From Amoeboaphelidium protococcarum X5 (Eukaryota > Fungi > Aphelidiomycota): DNA of 64,000 nt. A model generated the notes under the pieces. That model was not told where the DNA came from. It did no database searches and saw only the letters and a program-made list of their open reading frames with translations. Of this stretch, positions 25,285 through 42,752 are shown piece by piece; within the stretch, counting starts at the first letter, position 1, and each line of letters starts with the position of its first letter. The translations under genes were made by a program, and so were the position numbers. The DNA is taken from assembly GCA_023515725.1 (NCBI GenBank), contig JALDTO010000142.1:1-64000 (forward strand), in the 5' to 3' direction.

Positions 25285-26394
25285 ATGACCAGCAGATAAA
25301 CTGTCAGTATCGTGAACGTTGAGGGAAAGAAGGAGAATTTGCCGGCTGTATTCTCTGCGCCTGTGAGACCAGACTTGATCCATATTGTCCACACTGGAGT
25401 GTCGAAGAATGCTAGATAGGCATACGCTGTGTCTGAGAAGGCTGGCCACCAAACTAGTGCAGAGTCTTGGGGTACCGGTCGTGCTGTTGCCAGAATTCCT
25501 AGAGTTGGTGGTGGTGGTACTGGAAGATCCGGACAGGGTGCCTTCGGTAACATGTGTCGTGGTGGTCGCAGATTCGCTCCAACCAAAGTGTGGAGAAAGT
25601 GGCACCGTCACGTTGCAGTTGGACAGAGACGTTTTGCTGTGGCTTCTGCTATTGCTGCCTCTGCTGTTGCATCGCTGGTCCTGGCTCGTGGTCACAGAGT
25701 CGAGAAGGTTGCTGAGGTGCCTTTGGTTGTCGATGAATCTGTCGAGTCTTTCACCAAGACCAAGTAGGCTGTCGAGCTGCTGAAGAAGATTAATGCGTAC
25801 GCTGACATTGAGAAGGTGATTGATAGCCGTACTCTGCGTGCCGGTAAGGGTAAGATGCGTAACCGCCGCTTTGTTCAGCGTCGTGGCCCTCTGGTTGTCT
25901 ATGCTAATGACAATGGCCTAGTCAAGGCTTTCCGTAACATTGCTGGTGTTGAGCTGTGCAAGGTTGATGATTTGAGCGTGTTGAACCTGGCTCCTGGTAG
26001 CCACTGTGGCCGCTTCGTCATCTGGACTGCTCCTGCTCTGCGCAAGTTGGACGCTCTGTTTGGTACTTTCACTGAGGAGAGCAAGTTGAAGAAAAACTTC
26101 TCTCTGCCAAAGAACTTGGTCTCCAACCCAGATATTGACCGTGTGATCAACTCTGATGAGATTTAATCCGTTCTGCGTCCAGCCAACTCTGTCAAATCCA
26201 AGCGTGGTCACATGGGTGTTGTGCAGAAGAAGAATCCGTTGAAGAATCTGCAGGTGATGTTGCGTCTGAATCCTTATGCTAAGGCTGTCAAGCGCGCTGA
26301 GGCCTTGAAGCAGGAGGGCAAGTTGAAGCGTAAGGAGAAGGTTCAGCAGGTGAGACGCAATGCTGCTTTCGAGAAGATTCTGTTGGCTGACTGA
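25285..26394 (+). CDS. RPL4: 60S ribosomal protein L4 (uL4)
   Basis: [43 protein letters not shown]. In-frame TAG 25417 (RQAYAV), TAG 25765 (TKQAV) and TAA 26164 (EIQSV) fall at Gln-type positions. Confidence 0.98.
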
Positions 26395-26628
26395 AAAGTT
26401 TATTCTGTGTGGAATCAATTGATATCAAGTAGAGCAAGAAATAGCTAATAGGCTTATACGTTTCTCTTAATAATCAATTAAAAATTTTCATTATATCACG
26501 AGACTAATCTTATTGTAATACGCCCGCCTGACTTTGGTTACATTGAGATTGTATATTTTTAGCTTCTGTGCGGGCTGAGGTAAACGAAGCATTGCATCTT
26601 TATCATTATTGTGTAAGGTGATTGCATC

Positions 26629-27495
26629 ATGACTTTGGCGCGTAATTTCTTTAGCATTACCATTTTATATCTGGTTATATACATAGACATTGCATATAGC
26701 AAAATTGCAACCTGTTACGGTCATAGAGGAGCACCGCATTCAGAAAAGCTCCATCCGCCAGAGAATACGGTGCTCTCATTCATGACTGCCCTGCTCCATG
26801 ATGGCGCTGATGGCATAGAGCTGGATGTACGTCTTACTAAGGACAATCAAGTAGTGATATTACACGATACCACTCTGGATAGAACATCTACCGGTGTCGG
26901 ACTAGTATCTGAACACGACTGGTTTGGCGATGTTGAGCATCAACGAACATGGATTGGCCGATAGAGAATACCAACATTGAAAGAAGTGTTAGAATTACAC
27001 AAGGGATTTTAGAGTAACCACAGAAGTAATCCGATCGGAGTATACATTGACATTAAAGATGACAATCAGTTTCATATTGTCATGCAGGTGATTCGCGTCT
27101 TGTAAAGTCTGCACATCTCGCCGGCAGAGAGTAATATTGTGATTGGCGTATGGAAGTATAACTGGGTTACGCTGTTGAAAAAGTTACAAGTTGAATTTCC
27201 TATAATGCTCATATCTAAAGATTTTGATGAGATTAAGAAAACTCTGGGCAGTGTAAATCACGTCAGCTTTAGTTACAAGTTGTTGCAGACTCATTACGTT
27301 GAATTGACGCGTCTGATGCTGGACAATGCCGTGCGATCTTCGCGTCCTGTAAGATGGGCCACATGGACTGTCGACCGGGATGAAGACTTTTCAGTATTGC
27401 ATGAACTCCCAGTCGACCTATCAGTCATTTCCAATAACCCGGCGGCATGCAAAGCTTTCATAAAAAGAAATGACAAACTTGTGCTGTTTGAATGA
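26629..27495 (+). CDS. Glycerophosphodiester phosphodiesterase (GDPD) family protein with N-terminal hydrophobic segment
   Basis: [49 protein letters not shown]. Confidence 0.9.
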
Positions 27496-27819
27496 TATTC
27501 CATATGTTTCTTGATGCTATTAGTGCGTTTGAATGCTCTTAACGTTTCTACCTGCGAGAGATTTCGGTCGTTTAAGTGTTTCGGCGATCGCCACACTCGG
27601 CTAATATTTTTTCTCAGCCAGTCAGCAAAAAAAGAAACCCATCGCTCTTTCCCCATCACTACAATCATCAGCATCATCAGTCGACAGTTAATTAATCAAT
27701 CGTGTTATACTCGTCATTGAGAGATTGAGAACTGGTGGATTTCTGTATAATATTATTTTGTATCTAACTTAAGCATAGTCTAAATTAAATCTGAGTGTGT
27801 GTGTGAGTTTGTGTACAAT

Positions 27820-28767
27820 ATGTTCAATAATATCAATAATGGTAATCCGGATTTTAACAATTATCTTGTTAATAATGGAAATGGAAAGAAGCAGAATTTT
27901 TAGTAATAGTAGTAGTAGTAATATCAATAGTAGTTGCATGTATCAGAGGATGAACATATCTAAGCGTTAGTGAAAGACTTGTTGAATCCTCAGACTAGAG
28001 AATTTGCTTTATTGGAGCTGAGTAAGAGGAGAGAAACGTATGATGATCTGGCTCCCTTGTTATGGTTCTCGTTTGGTGTTACTGCAGTGTTATTGCAAGA
28101 GATTGTGGCCATTTATCCAATGCTCAGTCCGCCCACTCTCACAGTTGGCCACTCTAATCGCGTATGCAATGCACTAGCATTGATTCAGTGTATAGCTAGT
28201 CATCCTGATACTAGGACTCCATTCATGTCTGCACATATTCCCCTGTTTTTGTATCCATTTTTGAATACTGTGAATAGATCTCGACCGTATGAGTATTTAA
28301 GATTGACTAGTCTGGGTGTCATTGGAGCCCTGGTAAAGAATGACAATACAGATGTGATTAACTTTCTATTACAGACTGAGATCATCCCTCTGTGTTTAAG
28401 AATCATGGAGACTGGCACAGAGATCTCAAAGACTGTATCCATTTTTATAATTTAAAAGATTTTGCTTGTCGATGTCGGCCTGTCTTATGTATGTATGACG
28501 TACGAGAGATTTTATGCCGTGTGTACAGTGTTGAATAATATGGTTGCACAACTGGTTGAGAGTCAGAGTCTCCGTATACTGAAGCATGTGATCAGATGTT
28601 ACCTGCGACTGTCTGATAATCCGCGCGCAAAAGAGGCTCTGCGTCAGTGTCTGCCTGAATAGTTGCGTGATAGTACCTTTGCAGCCGTCTTGAAGGATGA
28701 TACTATCACTAAGCGTTGCCTGCTTTAACTATTACAAAACTTGGCCAACTAAAGTCTGGTGGAATGA
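27820..28767 (+). CDS. CNOT9: CCR4-NOT subunit 9 (Rcd1/Caf40)
   Basis: [44 protein letters not shown] (TAA=Q), LPEQLRD (TAG=Q). N-terminal TAR-encoded polyQ at 27901-27933. Confidence 0.96.
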
Positions 28768-29164
28768 TTATCATTTGTTTTATGCTGCGAACAAGCCTAG
28801 ATCTTTATTTGTGTTATCATCCATGTGAGTATTATCAAAGTGTTGAATACAAAAGTTGAATGCTCACTTTTAAGCTATTATATGTCTTGCTTTATTGTTT
28901 TTAGACTGTCCAATAGCCATCACTTTCACCCGTTTCCCTTCATGGTTCTTCAACCTCATTTACCATCCCCTTTAAAAGGAAATGTTTCACAAGATTTTGG
29001 AAGGTTTCGGGCACAATGAGAGAAGTCTGTTCGCGATCTCGTTGAATTGTTTCAACTTTACATCGCCCGCCTATTCACACCTCTATATAGATACACTGTC
29101 TTCAAGAGTTTTGCTTTCATAGTCTATAAGCGAAAATATATTTACCAAGTTTTTGTTTGCAGCG

Positions 29165-30660
29165 ATGGAAAAGTATGAGCCGCTTAATGTCATTGGCAAG
29201 GGCAGTTTTGGTGTTATTAGGAAATGTCGGCGAAAATCAGATGGGCAGGTAAGATGCAAATGTGATACACTGAAGAACCGCATTGTAATATATTGATATG
29301 ATCTATCACTTCACCCCACTCTGTGTAGTGCCTAGTATGGAAAGAAATAGATTATCGCAAAATGTCCACCAATGAAAAGAAGCAACTGGTGTCTGAAGTC
29401 AATGTCTTGCGCGAGTTGAAGCATCCAAACATTGTTCGCTATCATGAGCGAATTGTGGACAAGGAGAACTGCTTGATATTCATCGTGATGGAGTTTTGTG
29501 AAGGTGGCGATTTGTCAAAGTTGATATCAAGTTATAAGCGTGAACTTAAGCTAGTTCCTGAAGATTTGGTGTGGGATATTCTCAGTCAGTTGGTTGAGGC
29601 TCTCCATGAATGCCATTATGGGCATCGCCAGACTCGTGGCATTATCATTCATCGAGATATCAAGCCAGAGGTAACTTTTATTCTGCATGATGGTTCTATA
29701 GTTATTATTTTTTATGTAGAATGTATTTATTGGTAAGAATTTTCAAGTCAAATTGGGCGATTTTGGTTTGTGTAAGCTTATTGGTGGAGATTTATCGTGC
29801 GACTTTGCAAAGACTTATGTGGGAACTCCATTCTATATGTCTCCGGAGATTGTAAATGAATCCGCTTATGATCAGGGCAGCGATATCTGGGCTCTTGGAT
29901 GTCTTATATACGAACTATGTGCTTTGCGGTAAATTTAGAATTTTTCTACTATCAGTGCATTAATATCGCATCATCATTCATTACTTACTAGAATAATTAA
30001 ATGTAGGCCTCCATTTGAAGCTAGAAGTTAATCACAGCTAAATGTCAAGATTAAATCTGGCGATATTCAACGAATTCCTCATTTCTATTCAGATGGCCTA
30101 AACGAAGTTATAGAATCAATGATTCAAGTCGATGTAAGTCTATAACCAATTGCTTTGTATGGTGCAAGTGTAAAATCAAACATTCTATCAATCGTGTGTA
30201 GAGTTAGAAAAGACCGTCAGCAGCGGAAATGAGGCAACATCCGCAGATTGTCCTGGCTAGAAAAGAAAGATCCCTGATGGACAGGGAATAAGTGCTTAGA
30301 TAGAAGGAAGAGTTTTTGATTAGTTTTGAACAGGAACTGGCATAGAAATCGGATACGCTGGAAATGCTTGAGTAAGAGTTGAAACTATCTTATCGCCGCA
30401 AGAGTATTCAGTTGGATTAACGCGAGTAGAAAATAAAAAGTCTGGAGCTGTAGTGCTCCCAAGATTTTGGTCTCAATTTCTCATCATCGGGAGCCAGTCT
30501 ACTACGAGAATCAATTACTGCGACTTAATGGCCAGAGAGCGTCGAGTTTGAATCTACAATCAATCATCAAACCAGTTAGAGATTCTCAATGCCGGCAAGC
30601 AACACGCGCACCAAGTCTGCATACGACAAATACTGGAAAAGTGACTTGTATAGAACATGA
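29165..30660 (+). CDS. NEK2: NIMA-related kinase (NEK2/NimA/Kin3), 5 exons: 29165-29248, 29329-29670, 29720-29928, 30007-30133, 30202-30660
   Basis: IGKGSFG, LVWKEI, EKKQLVSEVNVLRELKHPNIV, HRDIKPEN, GDFGL, YVGTPFYMSPE. Four introns restore the frame. Coiled-coil tail. Confidence 0.92.
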
Positions 30661-30725
30661 TGATTATTAAATTGAAAATTTATGTATATGAACATATCCA
30701 TTTATTATTATTTTATTAAAAGTAT

Positions 30726-34886
<4,161 letters not shown>

Positions 34887-35361
34887 TCCTCTTACTTTTG
34901 ATTTTTATTAATGAATTATATACAATAGTGATTATACTATTACTATAAGATACAAAGGAATATGAGGAGAGGATTAGCAGAGCAGAGTGGAGTGTGAACT
35001 AATCGGATTAAAATTGTCGCAATAGCTCAGCCACTCACATCAAAGCTTGCGATTGTCTTGGATCACTTCAACAGCCAATCAGAGACTATAACTCAGATAG
35101 CACCAACGACTGAGCTGCTAATTATCTAAATTCTAAAAGAGAGCATAGATAAATGCTTATATAAAGAGAAGTTGAATATTTCTCATAAGCATTTTGATGT
35201 AAATATTGTACATAAATTGCTCTTTTAATGAAAGATGACAGAAGAAGCATTGAAACAACGTGACGCCTTTCAGTCCCTCCTGCGCGATTGAATTTATCGA
35301 ATCATTGAGCAAAAAAATTTAATTGTTATCCAGTATATATATTTTGATCAAAGTAATACTA

Positions 35362-38300
35362 TCATTTTGGGGAAGTCAAAATACCAGTCACCGACTTTCT
35401 ACCAACTCCAGGGATACCATGTTCGATACGCTCCATCTCTTTAGGAGTGAATTGAAAGATAGCATTCAAAACTGGTACCAACTGCGGTCTAGTGTGAGCA
35501 TCAGTCATAAACTTGAGCACTACATTGCGCACGTACGTGTGATTGAGATCTTTATCATTCAGAGCTGACTGAGTTTTCTGATCACTCAACTTTTGCAGAT
35601 CCTCCTTCAACCTCTAGTTCAGTGCCTCGAGCTGCTTCTCTTTAGCCGAATACTCCTCCTCAATCTCATCCATCTGTTGCTCTCTTTCACTCAGACTTGT
35701 TTTCAAATTCTAAATCTCTCTCTACATCCCCTCTAATCGCTTCTAATTCTATCCAGCTTCCTTTCTAAGACGCTCCACCTCTTATTGATCAGATTCACTA
35801 CTCTTAATCTAACTCGAAATCTACTAATTCTGCTCCTCAAGCTACTTGACGTGTTATTGAGCTTCCTATAATGCAGTCTTGGTTGAATCTAATTGAGACT
35901 GAAGATTATCTTTATCAGATTATACACTCTAGAGCTGGTTCAATTGCTATTCAAGTTCCGATGACTTTGATTAAAGAGATTCACGAAGACTTTCAACTTC
36001 CTACCTGCTTGAGCTCTAAATCCTCTCCTTTTCATTCTAAATCTACTCCAGCTCACTCTTAATAGACGTCAATTCATTGCGCATCGTCATATTCTCTTCA
36101 GATCTTGATTCAAATAGCTTCTTTGACATTGCCAGTTCCTCTTCAATTATTCCAATCTTATCCGACAGATCCTTGATGGTGGCATCTTTCTGATCAAGCA
36201 TATCTTGGTGCTGGCCGAATTCTTCAGCCATAGATTTAGATTTTACTTAATGATCTTTCAACTATTACTGAACAGAATCACGCAACTCTGCGGTATCCTT
36301 CAGCTGAGTAGTAAGAGATTCAACCTGAGCATTCAACTAGCCAATTCTAGTGTCCAGCTATTACACCTACTCTTTGGCACTTTCCGACTCTTTCAACTGC
36401 GACTGAATATTACTGAGATTGGATCTCAAATCATCAAGTTCCTAATCTTTAGTCTTGATTGAACTCTACAGCTACTAAATCTACTGGTTGGCGGTATCAT
36501 ACTCCTACTGCAATTTATCTTTCTACTACTTGGCAGCTCTAAGAAAATTGATAGTCTTTAATAATTTCTCCTTCTCTTCAGCCAGAGATTGTTCAACTCG
36601 CGACTTTTCACCATTCAACTGCTCCACCTACTCACTCAATTTCTATACACTTTCACTTTATGTCGAGGCACTTTGATCAATACGAGACTACAGATCCTAG
36701 ATGATTTGAGCTTTCTCGGTCAGCTAATCTTACAGCTATCTGCACTAATCATTTAATTGTTGCTTATCGTCATCATGGGAAGCCATCTACTTCTTTACAG
36801 ACTCCAATTCTAATGCAAGAGACTCCATTTTACTATTCGCTTCGTTCAGCTCCGTAATCTTACCATCCAATTCAGCTTTCTACTACTCCAAATTATTCTT
36901 CAAGCCAGCCGATTACTGATCCATCTCACTTTACATCTGAGTTAGCTTAGATTTCATCTCATCACAAAGAGGCTCTAATTCATTACATTTACCACGCAGT
37001 TCCTCCTTCTCACGGGTAACAGTATTCACAATTTACTATTGCTCAACCAACTAACGCTACAAATCTTCAACCTGAGTACGCAACTAGCCAACCTGATCAG
37101 ATTCTGAATCTTTTACCGTGTTCAATGACTAAGTAACATTATCCAATTATAACTTTAAACTGTCAATTTCCTGCTGTCTTTCATTAATCGCTTCAGCAAA
37201 TTGACTCTTTTCAGTTTTCAATTAGTTCAACTGCTCATCAAGTTTACAAAATTCACTCTCCTTCTCCTGGATAGACACAAAATTGGACTTATTCTACTCA
37301 CGGACGCTATTAAGCTCAGTGTCTTTGTCAGATAATTAGGCGGATAATTCAGAGGATTTCTAATTCAACGCTTGCACTTATTGCTACAGATCTTAAATCT
37401 GCGACTGAGCCTACTAAAGCTATTGATCCAACTCAACTTTAGCCTAAGAATCGTTCTAACTTAACTCACTCAGCTGCTATTCCAACTCATTAACACGTGC
37501 AATCTTTTCATCTAATTAGCTTTAAGTCTGCTGAACGGATGACTATAATTCATTCAAAGTGGAATTCTCATCACTAGATTTCTAATCAACTTGACTTTGC
37601 AATTCCTATAGTTAACTCTAGAACTATTAAATTTACTATTCTTTATCTTAAAGTGAGGACTAGAGATTCTCAATCAACTTTTCACCTTCTTTCAATTTTT
37701 ATTCCAAATCCACTTTTGCAGAATCATCATCACTCTTCTAATTTTACTACAGTTGCTCCTAATGCTCCTACAACTTTTCAACTTATAACTTCAATTCATT
37801 CAGCTAAGAATTAAGCTACTCCACTTCAGACTACTTGGACTCTAGATTACCGACCAACTATTACTTATCACGAGATAATTCATCCATCTAAGACTATAAC
37901 TTATTAATCTACTCATCCTTCTCCTTAATGGCGGCTTCAGAGTCAGATGCATTACTATCGCCTTTATTCTACTACTCTGATGACGCCTATTACAGATCAC
38001 TTTTCAACTTTTTATTATCATCAGCCAACTGCTTGGCCTTGTCCATCATCTACTTCAGGTGACCGGCATACTTTTTAACTGCAGCATTCAACTCAGCCAC
38101 CTGCGCTTCTAAAGCTTTCACTTTCTAAGCATTACTACTATCGCCAGTATCTTTTCCCTATTACTAGGAACTATCACTCGACTCTTACTATTACTCAACA
38201 GCTTTCTATTACACAGACTACTTTTACAACTCTTCTCTCAACGTATGAATGGTTAGATGCTGAGAACGCATATGAGATGCCAATTACTCAATGAAATCAT

Positions 38301-38676
38301 CCTACCTGGAATTGTAGTTGTTAATGTACTGAGTACTGACCGGCTAGAAACCATCCAGTGGAGTAAGTTCAGAGACGATCTTGTTCAAAGCATTTCTCTC
38401 CTTCACCAGCACTTACACAGCCTTGTACAAATAGTCATACGACGGTTGTCCTGATTACTATTACTACGACTACGACTACGATCTATCACTGCCCATACTT
38501 AATCTACTACCTGGACGATCGACTTGGCTCAAGTCAACATTATCTGTGGATTAAGACTTGGATTGAGCACCACTACCACTCTATTACTACTATTACTAAG
38601 ATTCACCCCTAACATTCATGTTCATATTGCTCTATAGTTGCTGAGTAGCCTCTTGCAATTTCTTAAACATGCTCAT
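35362..38676 (-). CDS. GRIP-domain golgin (Imh1/golgin-97/245-like)
   Basis: MSMFKKLQ start, about 1000-aa Gln-rich coiled coil (mostly TAR codons), GRIP domain NHTYVRNVVLKFM...QLVPVLNAIFQFTPKE. Confidence 0.9.
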
Positions 38677-39054
38677 TCTATATCACTCCAATTATCAATC
38701 TATTCAATTAAAATAAATACTTGCTATAATAATAACCTAACAAAAATTTTTAGAGAGTAAAGTATATAAAAGATCGCACGATTCTGAGAAGGAACAAGCC
38801 TACAGAAACTGAGAACGAAGCTGGCCGGCGATTAAAGAGCAACGAAAGTTGTCGCAACAAGGCCATCGCTCGCTCGCTCTCTCCCAAATGCAAAAGTAAA
38901 CTGCATGAAAACGCGCTCACGCTCAGGTTTAAATTCTAAGGAGTCGATCGTGTCTCTATTGTGTGGTTGGTCTCCATTCAAAATTTATTCTGTAATTAAC
39001 TCATTAATAATAGATTGAACAGTAGTCTTAGGAAATAACTGGAATAGTCTTATA

Positions 39055-40953
39055 ATGATTTTGCAAGTGACTGTGTATGTAGTGCATAGAAAAGATGTGG
39101 AGTAGTATCGACATTACCCGCAGGATGCCTTGGACAAGATGTATTACGCAAAAGAGATAAAATGTGTCAAATTGTTGTATGATTATGATCAGGCAGCGCT
39201 AAAGATGGACCGATTGAAGTCGGAGTTGTAATAGCTGATTATGCCACTTTTGCGATCGGATAGATTGATTTAGATTGCCTGCTTTTAGTTGAAGGATGGC
39301 TTTGATTTGTATGATGGAATGCTCGTTAAGGAATTGGTCGCGTTGAATGGTCAATTTTTACGCGTTATTGCTTACAAAGGCGAGTAATCATTGAATGTGT
39401 AGTCTAGTGCTCCTGCCGCAATTAAGGAATCTTCTGATACCGTTGATACTGGTGATAGCAGTACAAAGACCAAGTAGAAGAAGAGTAAAAAGAAGCGCTA
39501 AAAGATTGCTGTGGATGATACCGTTGTACCGAAGTAAGATGACGTTGTACATGTGCCTTCGCCAGTTCCTATTGTTTAGTAGTCTGCTGAGGGCGTCAAG
39601 GGTGATAGTGCTGAAGTGGACGCGGAGTTGTAAAAGAAATTAGCCAAGAAGGAGAGGAAGCGTAAGCGTAAGTTAGAGCAAGAATAGGACTAGGTTTAAG
39701 CTGAGGAGCCTAAGGTGGCCACTGATGAAAAGTCTGAAGAGGCTCCTAAAGCTAAGCGAAAGAAGGAGAAAAAGTCCAAGAGCTCTAAGCCCGTACATAC
39801 TCCCACTCTTACTCCTCTTCCTTAAGATTAGCCTTAACAATCCATGTTTGTGATGGTGAGTGATGAAGATGTGTCACCTCAGATTGCTGTATCGGTTCCA
39901 GATGTTAATGAGTCTGTTGCATAAGTTGAAAAAGTTACGGAGAAGCCTGTTGAGATGGATATTGATCAACCATCATTATAATAGGCGTCAAACGATAATT
40001 AAAATTCAACTTTAATTCAGAATGTCGATGAACAGTCTTAATAGGAGAGTCCACCTATAACTGTTGAGGAACCGTAAATTGAAATGGAAGTTGAATAAGC
40101 CCCGACAGAAGACATCTCTGCAGAGACTGCTGAAGACGACGCGCCATTTGAAGCTGCTGGCATTGCTGGTAATACAGCAGAGTCCTTGCCTGTGACTGTG
40201 ACTGAGAAGGAGGCTGCTGAGACTCCAGTGCCAGTTTTAGATGCTCCAGTGATAGATGACTCGTCAAAGGTTGATACTACTGATTAGGAAGAAGTAATCA
40301 GTCACGAAACTGCTGATCATGGCGATGTCATTAATCAGAATGATCAATTTGCTACTAAGAGTGTCGATGTTGAAACTCCTTAGACACCAGCTTAGGAGGT
40401 CAGTGCCTAAAAAGAGTTAGTCTCATCCCCTAGTTAGTAACCTCTGGACGCACCCTCAGATTCAAGTGATGATGATTCGTCTTCATCAGACTCTACCACA
40501 TCTAGCGATGATGATGATGATGAAGACAATAACGTAGCTAGCAAAATCAACACTGGTGGCAATACACTGAGAGTGTCCTTCCCTAATGAAGCCTCAACTC
40601 CAATTACTTTGCCTGTACAGTTGAATTCCACCAGCACTTCTATCACTAAATTGCCAACGCTGTCTGATATCAAATTTAGCTTCCCTCCGGTGACTGTTGC
40701 TAAGAGCAGTGAGTAGAATGCTTCTTCCAAAGTTGGTACTCAAGATAGCTCTACCGCTGCGCCAGGTACAGTCAAAACGTCGCTACCAGTTGCAGACAAA
40801 AAGTCAGAAGATAGCGATGATGACGGTGATGATGGTATGAGTCTGTTGTTGAAATAGCAATAGAAAGCAGTGACACCGCCAGCATCATAGCAGAAGAAGC
40901 GCGTCAGGGCCAAGAAGGTGAAAGATCAACCTGCACCCGTAAAATAGAAATGA
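39055..40953 (+). CDS. Probable nucleolar/nuclear protein: globular (ubiquitin-like?) N-terminus followed by Lys-rich and acidic low-complexity regions
   Basis: 632-aa table 6 ORF. FQLKDGFDLYDGMLVKEL resembles Ubl-type N-termini of Dnt1/Net1/coilin-like proteins (weak). Multiple NLS-like tracts. Confidence 0.6.
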
Positions 40954-40997
40954 GAAATAGTAATAAAGTGGATTATGAAAGTATAGTAAACGATGGA

Positions 40998-41972
40998 TCA
41001 TTGAGTCTTTTTATCCTTCGTCTTACCACCCCCATTAGCTACACGACCATTAACGCGACCTGTAGAAGTTGACTTCTCAGACTTTTTACTATTGCCAATG
41101 CCCACGTACGACAGAATCTTTACAGTGATAGTAAAGAACCATATGAAATTCATATAACCCATGATAACGAGGTATGAAGCGTAAGCCAGTTAACCGTAAC
41201 TTGTGGTGTATCCCTGCTCCGTCAACATTTCGTATATGAACCAAGGCATCGTTAGAATTCTGAAAACAAAGAAGCTCAACCACAACAAGATTCCATTAGC
41301 GAGATAGAGCCTGGAATACCATTTAGGTAAAATCTTTCGCTATTCGCCAGAGTCTTCTTTGTCGTCATTAAGATTCTATGAGGCACCATTAGATTAGAGA
41401 ATGTAATCCTTAATTCGCATTAAAATCCATCGAAAGTTCAGAAATGGAGAACTGAATTCAGCAGAGAGTAATAACAGCGCGGCATCTTCACGGAATGGTT
41501 GATCAACCTGGCTGTAGATGGAGATGCCCATGATCAAATGGTGGATAAGCATTTCGTACCCAACCTTCTATGCCTGAGTGTTGCGCTATCCATTCTATCG
41601 CTTGGATGGTATCAGAAGCCAAATCATCTGGATAGTGTCATACAGCGTGTAACCGAGCGAGTACATCCACAGCGTCCGTATAGAGTATACAAAATTATCC
41701 CAGCTATGCAGCGGAACAGTATTACACTAGTATTTCATACTCCTAAAGTCATAATTGTACATTAAAAATGGCAGCGATAGACCAAATCGGATAGAGTTGA
41801 CGCGTCGAATCCATTCGCTTTGATCAGAGCCTTTTGGCAGTGAGGCCGCAGCGCGATAAGCAGGCACCAACATCAAGCACGGGTGAATTATCAAGTGCAT
41901 AGCCCAGAATGCCAATGCACTATACAGCATAATCTAGATCTCTATCCAAGTGGGAAATTCTTCCAATTTCAT
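40998..41972 (-). CDS. TLC (TRAM/LAG1/CLN8) domain membrane protein, TMEM56/TDA4-like
   Basis: EWIRRVNS, YTLYD, MLIHH, EFSSPFLNFRW, several TM helices. Confidence 0.85.
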
Positions 41973-42154
41973 CCTTAGTAGTATTTGAATCTGAGGCTTA
42001 GCTTGAAGATCTGTTGCAAATGGTAAAGATTAAAAAGGGAGAGAAGAAATCCGATCGCGCTTTTGTCTTGCAGAAAATACTGAAATTTCATCATCATTGT
42101 TTTTTCATATCAACAAAAGCTGAAGAGAATACAGGATATAAATCAGCGATTGTG

Positions 42155-42607
42155 ATGTCTTCGAAAATTATTATTTAGCTTATTATAGCGGGTGCATCTG
42201 TCTTTGGTAAAGCTTTCCTGCAGGCGTATTAGTAAGCCCTGGCGAATGGTGGAAAGAAGGCTGGACAGTAGGCGGCCGAGGCTGCGTAAGGTGGTGCAAG
42301 TCGCGCTTTTTCAGAGCTCACCAGACGTACTGGCTTATCTGCAGAGGAAGCCGCTCAGATCCTAAATGTGGAATATAAGAGTCTCATGGACAAGTATCGG
42401 TAGTAGAATACGCGATAAAGCGCGGTAGAAATGGTTTAGAAGAATTATGATCATCTATTCAAAGTGAACGATTAGAAGCAGGGCGGATCTTTCTATCTCT
42501 AGTCAAAAGTTGTACGCGCGAAAGAGAGATTGGAAATGGAGTTGAAGGCTCTGGAGAAGACTACTGGCTCAGAGTCTCAGAGTGATCAATAGTCGACATC
42601 GAAATGA
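42155..42607 (+). CDS. PAM16: Mitochondrial import motor subunit Pam16/Tim16
   Basis: VFGKAFLQAYQQA, GLSAEEAAQILNV, YDHLFKVND, GGSFYLQSKVVRAKERL (TAG=Q). Missing from the ORF track. Confidence 0.95.
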
Positions 42608-42752
42608 TAATGACTATACTTGATTCTAATAGACATTTTGTTGAATAGCGATTCTTCTTAATTAAGTGGCAATCCGATGCCATAAAGTCTTTAGATTCAA
42701 TACAATGTTTATATTATTCATTACTTAATGCGTTCATCATCTATATTTATCA

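Noticed and set aside
25224-26418. Minus-strand and alternate-frame ORFs over RPL4, and similar shadow ORFs elsewhere (e.g. 8007, 28200, 43033, 45030, 48364)
   Set aside because: Antisense or out-of-frame shadows of well-supported genes with no recognisable motifs.
27901-27933. (TAG/TAA)n microsatellite or tandem stop array, also CTA/TTA runs at 38450-38600
   Set aside because: In-frame polyglutamine under table 6.
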